18,068 nucleotides of DNA from a virus. Its lineage: Duplodnaviria > Heunggongvirae > Uroviricota > Caudoviricetes. The DNA is taken from positions 282,811-300,878 of the IMG/VR virus record IMGVR_UViG_3300021387_000529; one strand, given 5' to 3'. Under the pieces are notes generated by a model that worked only from the letters and a program-made list of their open reading frames with translations, was not told the DNA's origin and did not search any database. Below, piece by piece: positions 8,232 to 16,337 of the stretch. The position numbers were made by a program, and so were the translations under genes. How positions within the stretch are numbered: the stretch's first letter is position 1; the number at the start of each line of letters is the position of its first letter.

Positions 8232-9023
8232 ATGAAGACCTTTAATCTTGACTTCTACGGCAAAGACAGTGTCCGTTTTAATCGTGACATCCAGGTCCCA
8301 GATGAAATATATGATGAGTTCAAAAAACTCTTCGATGCCGCAAAAGACGGAGAAGAAATCTTCGATAAAGTTTCATCAGCTGATGTTTCAGCTTTCTTGA
8401 AAGAGCTCAATCCGAATATTTCACCAAAAGTTTTGCGTACTGCAAAATGTAACAAAGTTTTGGTCGATGAATTGAAGAAACAGAAAGTTGATGAGAATTC
8501 AACTGATGCTGAAAAAGTTCGAGCAATGTATCGTGCAAATCTTGAAATTGCAAAGACTCTTAACCACCAGAAAAATGTTGCAAAAAACTTCAAAGAACAG
8601 GAAGAAAAAGCCAAAGAAAAGGTAACAGCTTCTCAGGATAAAATGATTGAAGTTAAGGCAAAGCAGGAAGAAAAGCTCGCCAAACTTGATGAAGAAGAAA
8701 AATCTATCAAAGCAAAATATGCAAAAATGCCGACTTTGAAAAAAGAAAAGCTTGCTAAATTGAAGGAAAAACGCGCCAAGCTTGAAGCTCAACTTGAGAA
8801 ACAGAATGAGCGCATTGAAAAAGCACAGTTCAATCTTCAGAAAAAGCAGGAAACTAAGGACATCAATCTTGGAACTTCTTTGGGAGCATATGCTGACTAC
8901 CGCATTATCTACAGCTGGTGTAATGATATGAAGCTCAATCCAAAGAAAATCTACACAAAAGGTTTGCTTGACAAATCACAGTCATTTGCAAATACAGACA
9001 AAAACTTCTGGAAGACAATCTAA
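8232..9023 (+). CDS. C-terminal half of an archaeal/eukaryote-type DNA topoisomerase IB (catalytic core remainder, coiled-coil linker, Tyr domain)
   Basis: LDFYGKDSVRF (human FDFLGKDSIRY, K532), PKVLRTA (AKVFRTY, R590), ANLEIAKTLNHQK (ANRAVAILCNHQR, H632), Lys/Glu-rich linker, INLGTSLGAYADYRI (IALGTSKLNYLDPRI, Y723). Own SD AAGGAG and promoter. Confidence 0.88.
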   Translation: MKTFNLDFYGKDSVRFNRDIQVPDEIYDEFKKLFDAAKDGEEIFDKVSSADVSAFLKELNPNISPKVLRTAKCNKVLVDELKKQKVDENSTDAEKVRAMYRANLEIAKTLNHQKNVAKNFKEQEEKAKEKVTASQDKMIEVKAKQEEKLAKLDEEEKSIKAKYAKMPTLKKEKLAKLKEKRAKLEAQLEKQNERIEKAQFNLQKKQETKDINLGTSLGAYADYRIIYSWCNDMKLNPKKIYTKGLLDKSQSFANTDKNFWKTI

Positions 9024-9024
9024 A

Positions 9025-9438
9025 ATGGCATATGATGAGTTCAGAGGCGTGTATGGTGAAGAAGCTGAAAAATACACGCTGAATTGGTTCCGTTCAAAAG
9101 GATATGAAGCAATCCCAACTAAAGAATGGTTGGGAAACAAATGGTCACCTGAAAATGACGCAAAATATGGCGACATCCAGATTATTAAGAATGGTGACAT
9201 TACACAAAGAATTGATGTAAAGCGTGCTGGGCCAAATGAGCCTGATGCGTTTTATGGCACAATTACAAAAACTGGAGCCTCAGAGACATTCAGAAATGAC
9301 CCAAAAGCATGGTATTTATTGTTTAATAAAAACATGACAAAATATATTTGGGTAAAAGCGACTTCATTACGAAGCTCACAGCCAAAAAATGGAAAATTTT
9401 GGACAACAAAAGAAGTCTTACCTTATGCTGAGCATTAA
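9025..9438 (+). CDS. PD-(D/E)xK restriction-endonuclease-like protein
   Basis: Start moved to ATG 9025, just after the Topo stop. GEEAE helix, YGDI, RIDVKR give the E...D...DxK pattern. Confidence 0.6.
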   Translation: MAYDEFRGVYGEEAEKYTLNWFRSKGYEAIPTKEWLGNKWSPENDAKYGDIQIIKNGDITQRIDVKRAGPNEPDAFYGTITKTGASETFRNDPKAWYLLFNKNMTKYIWVKATSLRSSQPKNGKFWTTKEVLPYAEH

Positions 9439-9846
9439 GTCATTATTTTCATTGATTGGCTTAAAACCATTCGACAAGTAAAATAGTTTGGCACTTTTAT
9501 CTTTCGCATGAAGTGCCAAATTATTTTTATGTAGTTGTTGCGCTAATGACTTAAGATAGTCTATACATTTTGTTCCAAATCCCTTTCCTTTGTCTCTAAC
9601 TTCAAACACGGAAACCCAAATTCCATTTGAGATGTCATGTGTTTCACTTGGTATTATGTAAACAAAAGCATCATTCGTGTAGTCATCAGCAACTAAATGA
9701 AGCCAATTTTGTCTGTATAGAGCATCACGCTCAATGTAGATTTTTGGAAGAGAAAAGCCATCAGTATATTCTAAAACCTGTTCAGGTGACAAAACATCAA
9801 TACGCAACTGCACTTCTCCTTTTGGACATCTCACGAATACATTCAA
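9418..9846 (-). CDS. GNAT-family acetyltransferase (true start possibly TTG at 9807)
   Basis: FEVRDKGKGFGTKCIDYL (acetyl-CoA motif A) and SAKLFYLSNGF (motif B); AAGGAG lies 8 nt before the in-frame TTG at 9807. Confidence 0.8.
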   Translation of the reverse strand: MNVFVRCPKGEVQLRIDVLSPEQVLEYTDGFSLPKIYIERDALYRQNWLHLVADDYTNDAFVYIIPSETHDISNGIWVSVFEVRDKGKGFGTKCIDYLKSLAQQLHKNNLALHAKDKSAKLFYLSNGFKPINENNDLMLSIR

Positions 9847-10354
9847 CTACTTCTTGTGGGAAATTGTCAGTTGGAATAGTGCATGCACATTTTTGCATAA
9901 TCATTTTCATTTGGCCAAAAGTTCCCAATAATTCTTGAACTTGCATAGGAACAACAGCATTTACTTTTTGTGCTTCATCAACGAATACACGAATTATCAA
10001 ATCGCCAACATCAATATCAATTCCCCAAGGAACTTGAAGCGTATACATTTTTTCTTGTTGTCCATCTTCAAATGCATCTACTAAAGATGAAAGTGTCCAT
10101 TGTCCTGTAACACCATCAACTCGAACTTTTCTGAATGGAACATCTTCAAGAGCTGGAAATACAACTGGAATGACATCTGTTTTTTCAACAACCCAAGTAT
10201 CATCATCACCTTCATAAGTTTTCTTTGCTTTAATTAAAAAACAATCAACTGGTGATGAAACTAAGAAAATATTTGAGCCATCTATAATTTTTCGTTTGAA
10301 TGAGTCTTGTTTCATTGCGAGACGAGACTGAAACGTTGATATTCTACCTGACAT
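9797..10354 (-). CDS. Hypothetical protein, possibly head-closure/neck protein
   Basis: 185 aa, beta-rich, IDVGDLIIR resembles head-closure proteins; ACTAA motif upstream; functional call is weak. Confidence 0.55.
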   Translation of the reverse strand: MSGRISTFQSRLAMKQDSFKRKIIDGSNIFLVSSPVDCFLIKAKKTYEGDDDTWVVEKTDVIPVVFPALEDVPFRKVRVDGVTGQWTLSSLVDAFEDGQQEKMYTLQVPWGIDIDVGDLIIRVFVDEAQKVNAVVPMQVQELLGTFGQMKMIMQKCACTIPTDNFPQEVVECIREMSKRRSAVAY

Positions 10355-10357
10355 ATA

Positions 10358-10381
10358 GATTTAGTTATTTGAGACTATTTT
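10358..10381. promoter_or_regulatory. Back-to-back ACTAA-class motifs in a 30-nt divergent gap
   Basis: Minus AACTAAATC-TAT-ATG (10358-10366); plus variant GACTATTTT-ATT-ATG (10373-10381). Confidence 0.45.
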
Positions 10382-10384
10382 ATT

Positions 10385-10918
10385 ATGGAAGATAATGAAA
10401 AAGAAGAAGAGCGTACTTCTTCAAAAACATTAGCTGAGCTAGAAGCAGAAAGCTTACGTAGATTTGAACAATTTATAGAAATTACATGGCAACCTATTCC
10501 AAATAGGCATAAAGTACGTGTATGGATAGATGATGGTACGTTTAAAATGGTTATGTCAAATGAGAAATTTATCAAAACTCTTGAAGATATTTTGATGGAT
10601 AACCAATCACAAAAAACGTATTATAACATGCGCAATATTGAGAATTCATTATCACAATATCAAGGTTTTTATCAATATAACCGCCAAACAGATGAATATA
10701 GAGCTTTGAACCAGTTACGCTTTAATGATAAGTTGACAAAACAAGACTTGTATGAAAATGCACGTGCAGACTATGACGCAAAGTTTGGAAAAGACAACGT
10801 CTTAAACCATATGGTAAATATCAGCTTATTCGATAAGATGGCTGATGCTGACATTCGAAAACAAAATATACAGAACAACTTATTGAAAAATACAGCGCGC
10901 TTTTATGGAGGATTTTAA
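10385..10918 (+). CDS. Hypothetical protein, 177 aa
   Basis: Intact ORF coupled to the next gene by a TAATG overlap. Confidence 0.75.
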   Translation: MEDNEKEEERTSSKTLAELEAESLRRFEQFIEITWQPIPNRHKVRVWIDDGTFKMVMSNEKFIKTLEDILMDNQSQKTYYNMRNIENSLSQYQGFYQYNRQTDEYRALNQLRFNDKLTKQDLYENARADYDAKFGKDNVLNHMVNISLFDKMADADIRKQNIQNNLLKNTARFYGGF

Positions 10919-11877
10919 TGTTACTCACAAATGAAGACATGGAAGGCGTGTTTGAAAGAATGTACTGGCATTTGAAAATACGTCTGACAACAAGATGCAA
11001 TATGGCATGTGCACATTGCTATGCAGCTTCAGAGCAGTATGCCTCATATGAAAAAGAGAGACTTGAAAATTTTGAATGGGTTGACAGACTTGCAAAAAGT
11101 GAATATATTAAGTTTCTGCATCTTCAAGGCGGTGAGCCAACATTAGAGCCTGAAGCAATAAAAGAGTGCGTAAAAATTGGACATAAATACGGAAAACCAG
11201 TTTGTGTCTTTACAAATGGAAAAAGACTGTATGAAGATGAAGACTTTAGAAATGAGTTTTTAACATTTGGTGTTGACAACATAATTGTTTCATTTAATAA
11301 GTATCTTGAAGCACAAACAGACCAGGCAAAGGTTGTGAATACGCTTATGCACTTTTTTGAAGATAAACCAAACATTCATTTTGGCTCAACAGCAATTATC
11401 GATAAAGACCATATCGCTCATCTTCAAAGATGGATTCAGCATTTTGGTTGGCCGCCATATTATCCAGAAGACTTCCCAGACGTTGAAGAAAAATTAGAAA
11501 ATAAAAAATATTGGAAGTTTCAACTGCCATTATGCTATTCAGACCGTGGAGCAAAAACTGCTGCGAACAATGACGTTGCTGAAATAACTTGGCCAGCATT
11601 AGGATGTGACTTTTCGCCAGTTCTGATGCCATCTGGATTTTTACAAGCAGATTGTGGATGTTCTTCAGTTAGAAAATGCTTATTAGGCTTTATAGATGAC
11701 TTTGGCGATGACCCAATAGACTATATTGTAACAAATATGTCACGTTATATCCACTATAACGTTCATGCAAATGGATTTTATCAAATTTGTATGAAAAATG
11801 ACAATATGAGATGTCTTAGAAAATATCCGCCACGAACACGGCCTGACAGTGAATATGAAGAAAGGATGAAATACTAA
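10918..11877 (+). CDS. Radical SAM enzyme with Cys-containing C-terminal extension
   Basis: TTRCNMACAHCY (CxxxCxxC), GGEPTL, VFTNG; further Cys in GCDFSP and DCGCSSVRKC; SD GGAGG. Confidence 0.9.
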   Translation: MLLTNEDMEGVFERMYWHLKIRLTTRCNMACAHCYAASEQYASYEKERLENFEWVDRLAKSEYIKFLHLQGGEPTLEPEAIKECVKIGHKYGKPVCVFTNGKRLYEDEDFRNEFLTFGVDNIIVSFNKYLEAQTDQAKVVNTLMHFFEDKPNIHFGSTAIIDKDHIAHLQRWIQHFGWPPYYPEDFPDVEEKLENKKYWKFQLPLCYSDRGAKTAANNDVAEITWPALGCDFSPVLMPSGFLQADCGCSSVRKCLLGFIDDFGDDPIDYIVTNMSRYIHYNVHANGFYQICMKNDNMRCLRKYPPRTRPDSEYEERMKY

Positions 11878-11878
11878 A

Positions 11879-12358
11879 ATGAACTATCAATTTTGGAAAA
11901 AGACTGGATGCATTAAGCCATTCCAATCAGTCGAAGAATTTGAAAAATTTCAAGAAGACGCAATAAAAGATAAATGGACAGGCGTAAAACCGAACAGTCC
12001 ATTTAATAAAGCGATTGCAAAAAAGGGCTTTGCATATGGTGTTTCATATGATAGTTTTGCTGAGTTTACGTTCATGACGTATGAAGAAAAAATATGCCAT
12101 GCTTCAGTAGAACGAAATATGAAATTGAAGTTTTTGAATTATATTGATGAAAATGGTAAAAGCCGAAAGTGGTACCCAGACTTCGTAGTGAATGGCATTT
12201 TTTATGAAGTAAAAGGCGTTGTTAGACCAAAAGATCAGCAAAAGAAAAATCAACATCCTGAAGTTGAATGGGTTTTCTCAGAAGACTGCAAACAAATGGC
12301 AAAAGAATTAGATGACAAATGTCCAGGGTGGCGTGATGAGTTTGTTCCAAAAAATTAA
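11879..12358 (+). CDS. PD-(D/E)xK nuclease, TnsA-N/T4 gp4 head-completion-like
   Basis: SFAEFTF, WYPDFVV, FYEVKG; directly upstream of the portal gene. Confidence 0.7.
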   Translation: MNYQFWKKTGCIKPFQSVEEFEKFQEDAIKDKWTGVKPNSPFNKAIAKKGFAYGVSYDSFAEFTFMTYEEKICHASVERNMKLKFLNYIDENGKSRKWYPDFVVNGIFYEVKGVVRPKDQQKKNQHPEVEWVFSEDCKQMAKELDDKCPGWRDEFVPKN

Positions 12359-12363
12359 TCTAT

Positions 12364-12372
12364 TACTAATTA
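12364..12372 (+). promoter_or_regulatory. ACTAA-class putative late promoter (TACTAATTA)
   Basis: TACTAATTA-TTT-ATG before the portal gene; no SD. Confidence 0.5.
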
Positions 12373-12375
12373 TTT

Positions 12376-14571
12376 ATGGCAGTTTTTACAAGTAAAGAGA
12401 AACCAAAGTCTGCTCTATTAAACAAGTCTTTTAACTATAGATTGTCTTCTTTATTTGGTTGGCGTCCTATTTCGAAAGAAAAAGCAACTACCCAACTTGA
12501 AAAAGATACAGGACTTCAATTTGTAAAAGTTGATGTTGGAAATCCAGTTTATAGAACTAAACAGGCAGCTTTGGGAAATGTTTTTGATAATTCAAAGTTG
12601 TCTTCAACAGTTGACCACTTATTTAATAATTATTTGAATGAAACTTCAATTGTATATTCTGATATTCAAGAACGCCAAGAGCGTTTGTCAGAATTGCGTT
12701 TTGCTGTAACAAATAGTCCTTATCTTTCACGCGCATGTCGCCTTGTTGCAGATGAAGCTACAATGATAGATGACCAAAATCGTATTCTTACGGTTGAGTC
12801 ACCATCAGTTGCATTTTCAAACAGATGTTACGAATTATTTTCACAATGGGGTTTGACACAACAACGTATTTCTTCAACATGTTTTGAAATTGAGCAATAT
12901 GGCGAAGCTGTTTGGGCAAATAAAATTACACGTAATGGCGTTGAACGTATCAATCCTTTAAAAGCGCCAGAATTAGTAGAGCGTCTTGAGTTTTCTCCAA
13001 TGCATATGGCAGAAGTTGAAGAACAGCTCGCAAATGGTACAGACTTAAATAAATCAAGAAAAGCAAAAATTGATAAATTGTTGCAAATGTTCAAAGAAAA
13101 AGACGCACTTAATGCAATGAATGATGACTTTGCAGACATGTACGACACAAAGCTTCTTGGCTATGAATTCCATGATGGAATTATTGCTCCGCCTTGGGAT
13201 GTAACACACTTTAGATATAATCCAGACTGCAGTGAGTTTTTCCCATATGGAACACCACCTCTTATTTTCTGTTTAGGACCATTTAAGAGGGCATATTCGC
13301 TTTGGACTTTGCAAGGTCTTGCTCGTGCTGCTTCTTTCCCAGTTCAACTTTATACTGTAAAAGGAACAGAAGGCGTTGGTGTTGAAACTGCATTTGAAAC
13401 TGTAAATAATGTTCGTGAAGAATATGAAAACATTGGTGTCACACCTTCAAGCAATTCACTTGAAGTTTACACTGTAAACACTAAGATTTGGGCTCCAGAA
13501 GGATTGCTCGACCTTAAAATTCTTGAAAGTAAAATTGACTATAATTTTACCGATGATATTGAGCTTGCTGAAGACCAAGTTGCTTTTGCTGCTGGTGTTC
13601 CTCGCGGTTATCTTGACCCTTCAAAAGAGTCTTGGGGTGTTTCAGGAATTGCACTTACAGAACAGTTCAAACCATTTGCTACACATATCTATACAGTTCA
13701 GTCAACGTTCCTTCAAGGTATTGGTGAACTTATTCGTTTGCATTTTGCTATCACTGGTGAGTTTGACTATAATACGCCGTTTGTTCTCTCAATGAGATTT
13801 CCAGCTGAAGAAATGTCAGATGAACGTAGAAATGCTAAACAAGCTTCTATCGACTTGTCTAATTCTATTCTTGAGCTTCTTGGCTCTGTTCTTGGACTTG
13901 AAGAAGGTGAAGCACTTCCTGAAGATGTAGTTACAGACATTCTTTCTAAATATACATTCCTTGACCCAACAGACCTTCAAAGATGGGTACGTCTTTCCGC
14001 TATTGCGCATGCTCAGGCAGCTGCTAATGATGAAGCTGATGCTGAAGAAGGTGGTGGTGGAGATGATGGAGACTTCGACTTCGGAGGCGGAGGTGATGAT
14101 GGAGACTTCGACTTTGGTGGTGACGATGGAAGTGATGATGGCGTAAGTGGTGGAGATAACGACTCAGGTGGTAGTGGTGGAGATGACAGTGGCTCAATGG
14201 ATGAGTCTATCGACCGTAAATATTACCTTAAAGTTAAGAAATTACTTCGTGAAAAGCAGAACAAAAAGAGAAGACTTCGTGAGCAAAGATTACGCGATGC
14301 GTATTTCTCATCTCGTGAAGACATATATTTCCATTGGTTGAAAGAGAACCATTTAACTGAATGGAAAAAACCAGACGGAAGATACAACCAGCATGCAATT
14401 ATGGTTAGTCCATTGAACAACAAACTTGTTGAAGCTGTTGGCGTTCTTAAACAAAATGACTGGCCTGTTGGTAGCACAGTTCTTCGTGAAGGACTTGATG
14501 CTAATAAAATAGAGAGCGAATTGCAAACAACTCTTCAAGAGCAGCTTACAATTCCAGAAGGAGAAAACTAA
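12376..14571 (+). CDS. gp20: Portal protein, T4 gp20-like, 731 aa with acidic C-terminal insertion
   Basis: SPYLSRACRLVADEAT (gp20-type ..A.D.I.DEA helix), VTHFR...FFPYGTPPL, LARAASFP, DDIE...AAGVPRGYL; followed by a Gly/Asp tract and a basic tail. Confidence 0.82.
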   Translation: MAVFTSKEKPKSALLNKSFNYRLSSLFGWRPISKEKATTQLEKDTGLQFVKVDVGNPVYRTKQAALGNVFDNSKLSSTVDHLFNNYLNETSIVYSDIQERQERLSELRFAVTNSPYLSRACRLVADEATMIDDQNRILTVESPSVAFSNRCYELFSQWGLTQQRISSTCFEIEQYGEAVWANKITRNGVERINPLKAPELVERLEFSPMHMAEVEEQLANGTDLNKSRKAKIDKLLQMFKEKDALNAMNDDFADMYDTKLLGYEFHDGIIAPPWDVTHFRYNPDCSEFFPYGTPPLIFCLGPFKRAYSLWTLQGLARAASFPVQLYTVKGTEGVGVETAFETVNNVREEYENIGVTPSSNSLEVYTVNTKIWAPEGLLDLKILESKIDYNFTDDIELAEDQVAFAAGVPRGYLDPSKESWGVSGIALTEQFKPFATHIYTVQSTFLQGIGELIRLHFAITGEFDYNTPFVLSMRFPAEEMSDERRNAKQASIDLSNSILELLGSVLGLEEGEALPEDVVTDILSKYTFLDPTDLQRWVRLSAIAHAQAAANDEADAEEGGGGDDGDFDFGGGGDDGDFDFGGDDGSDDGVSGGDNDSGGSGGDDSGSMDESIDRKYYLKVKKLLREKQNKKRRLREQRLRDAYFSSREDIYFHWLKENHLTEWKKPDGRYNQHAIMVSPLNNKLVEAVGVLKQNDWPVGSTVLREGLDANKIESELQTTLQEQLTIPEGEN
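14062..14117 (+). repeat. In-frame direct repeat (33-nt period) encoding DDGDFDFG twice
   Basis: GATGATGGAGACTTCGACTTCGG (14062-14084) and GATGATGGAGACTTCGACTTTGG (14095-14117). Confidence 0.85.
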
Positions 14572-14572
14572 T

Positions 14573-14770
14573 ATGCAGAGACTTAGAGAAGTTGTTGGTG
14601 AACCAAATGAAGGAACACCAATTTACAATCCAAATGAGAATGTACGCCTTGATGGCCAGGATATTTCACGTGAAGACTTGAATGAAAAAATGGACAAATG
14701 CGGACATTCGAAAAAAATTGTTGAAGTTGAAGAGAATGCATACAAAACATTGAATCGACTCTATAGCTAA
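14573..14770 (+). CDS. Small hypothetical protein, 65 aa
   Basis: Starts 1 nt after the portal stop, GGAG upstream, ends just before the terminator. Confidence 0.65.
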   Translation: MQRLREVVGEPNEGTPIYNPNENVRLDGQDISREDLNEKMDKCGHSKKIVEVEENAYKTLNRLYS

Positions 14771-14778
14771 AAACTGCC

Positions 14779-14812
14779 AAATGCAAACTGTAAAAAGTTT
14801 GCATTTTTTTTT
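14779..14812 (+). terminator. Rho-independent terminator of the portal operon
   Basis: AAATGCAAACT-GTAAAA-AGTTTGCATTT (11-bp stem) followed by a T run. Confidence 0.8.
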
Positions 14813-14839
14813 GAACCTTTCTGTGCTTTTTCATATATT
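14811..14839 (+). promoter_or_regulatory. Sigma70-type (early) promoter TTGAAC-N17-TATATT
   Basis: -35 at 14811-14816, -10 at 14834-14839; twin of 8181-8209. Confidence 0.75.
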
Positions 14840-14860
14840 ATATATGTAAAGAGGTAAACT

Positions 14861-15331
14861 ATGGCTAACAAATATGAAAACTTCATTCACTGGGCAGTTA
14901 TCAAAACATCTTTTGACTCTTCTCGAAAAACTTGGGATGAAGAGAAAGCTTGGGAATTCGCATACATCATAACTGAAGGTTTGGGAGTTGGAACGTTCTT
15001 TCCTCAGAACGGCATCTTTGATACAAAAGAAGAAGCCCAGAGAAAATCTGAGGATATTCGACAGTATGCAGCCTATGACAGAAGCCGCGCTCGCTATGGT
15101 TACTCTTCTTACAAAGACCGTATTTGGGTTCATCAGGTTATTTCAAAAAACGGACGTAATGGTGTCTATCTTCCAACAGTTGGCGAAATTAAAAAAGGTT
15201 TGGAATATATCGCAAACAATCTCAAGTCAGAAAATTATCGTTCTGAATGGGTTGATTGGGCAATTGCTCATGAGGGCATGAAACCATCTGAAATCCTCGA
15301 AGAACTCATCGAAAACTATCTCAAAGACTAA
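14861..15331 (+). CDS. Hypothetical protein, 156 aa (likely early)
   Basis: SD GAGG, first gene after the early-type promoter. Confidence 0.8.
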   Translation: MANKYENFIHWAVIKTSFDSSRKTWDEEKAWEFAYIITEGLGVGTFFPQNGIFDTKEEAQRKSEDIRQYAAYDRSRARYGYSSYKDRIWVHQVISKNGRNGVYLPTVGEIKKGLEYIANNLKSENYRSEWVDWAIAHEGMKPSEILEELIENYLKD

Positions 15332-15341
15332 GGAGACATAA

Positions 15342-15827
15342 ATGCTATATGCAATTTCGAATTTGGTAGGAACTTCCATATTTGGGTCTTTAATGTTATT
15401 GTATGTCATTGCAATTATGTTTACATTTCTGTTCGTAGCAATTGTTGACGCACATATTACATCACACACAACATTGCAATCTTTTGTGCGAGGTGGCATG
15501 GCAGCTGTAATTGTAGTAATTGCCGGTGTGATTTTCATTCCACTTTATACAGAATTTAATACATCATACAAGAAGGACTCATTAGACTATTGGCGTCTTC
15601 AAACTAATGGGCTAATAAAAGAATATGAAAAAACAAATGATGAAATTGAGTCGAATTACATCTTGAGATTTAAAGCTCTTCCAGCATATAAGCATTTTGA
15701 CCATTATCATCTAAGCTTATTCGGTACTTCATCAAAAGAATTTACAGAATATTTTGAAAGAAAAACAATAAAATATGATGCTTACCATGTAGCAGACACA
15801 ATAATTGTCAAAAAGGAGAAAATGTAG
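15342..15827 (+). CDS. Hypothetical membrane protein (two N-terminal hydrophobic segments)
   Basis: SD AAGGAG; hydrophobic stretches at about aa 10-36 and 52-68. Confidence 0.7.
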   Translation: MLYAISNLVGTSIFGSLMLLYVIAIMFTFLFVAIVDAHITSHTTLQSFVRGGMAAVIVVIAGVIFIPLYTEFNTSYKKDSLDYWRLQTNGLIKEYEKTNDEIESNYILRFKALPAYKHFDHYHLSLFGTSSKEFTEYFERKTIKYDAYHVADTIIVKKEKM

Positions 15828-15828
15828 A

Positions 15829-16323
15829 ATGACAGTTTATATAACAGTTGGAATTTCTGGAAGTGGAAAATCACATATTGCAAGAAATCTTTTTCCAGAT
15901 GCGATTGAATTGAATGCTGATAACATCCGAAAAGAAACCAGTGGTGACATTTCTTGTCAGTCACAAAATTCTCTTGTCTTCAAAATGATTGATGACCGCC
16001 TTGAAAAAGCAATTAAAGACGGAACAAAAGATGTCATCATCTCAAACACGAACTTGCATCTCGACAAGAATATTGAGCTTGCTCTCAAATATCCTGACAC
16101 AAAGTTTATGATGCTTCTTATTGAAGACTCATCACGAATAAACCGCTGTATTGGCCGTGTTAAAAAAGACTTAAAAAACAAAGTTGAAAGAAGTGATGTT
16201 CCTGTTTTCGTTATTCGCAATCAGCATAAAAACTTCATCAAACTTGTTGAAGACCTCAAAACAACTGAACTTCCAAAAAATCTCAGCTATAAGTGGGTGA
16301 CTTCAGACTTGCGAATAATTTAG
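15829..16323 (+). CDS. P-loop kinase, AAA_33/polynucleotide-kinase-like (kinase domain only)
   Basis: Start moved to ATG 15829. VYITVGISGSGKS (Walker A), LNADNIRKE, VIISNTNL resemble the T4 Pnk kinase domain; no phosphatase domain. Confidence 0.8.
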   Translation: MTVYITVGISGSGKSHIARNLFPDAIELNADNIRKETSGDISCQSQNSLVFKMIDDRLEKAIKDGTKDVIISNTNLHLDKNIELALKYPDTKFMMLLIEDSSRINRCIGRVKKDLKNKVERSDVPVFVIRNQHKNFIKLVEDLKTTELPKNLSYKWVTSDLRII

Positions 16324-16331
16324 ACTAATTT
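16323..16331 (+). promoter_or_regulatory. ACTAA-class putative late promoter (GACTAATTT)
   Basis: GACTAATTT-CTTATT-ATG; no SD. Confidence 0.45.
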
Positions 16332-16337
16332 CTTATT

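Noticed and set aside
7958-8260. Intron or split intein explaining the truncated topoisomerase
   Set aside because: No upstream exon on the plus strand, no intein C-terminal His-Asn segment at the ORF start, and the gap is occupied by promoters and an SD.
14030-14200. Repeats in the portal as a CRISPR or other non-coding array
   Set aside because: In-frame, two units, encoding Gly/Asp-rich protein; no spacers and no cas genes in the window.
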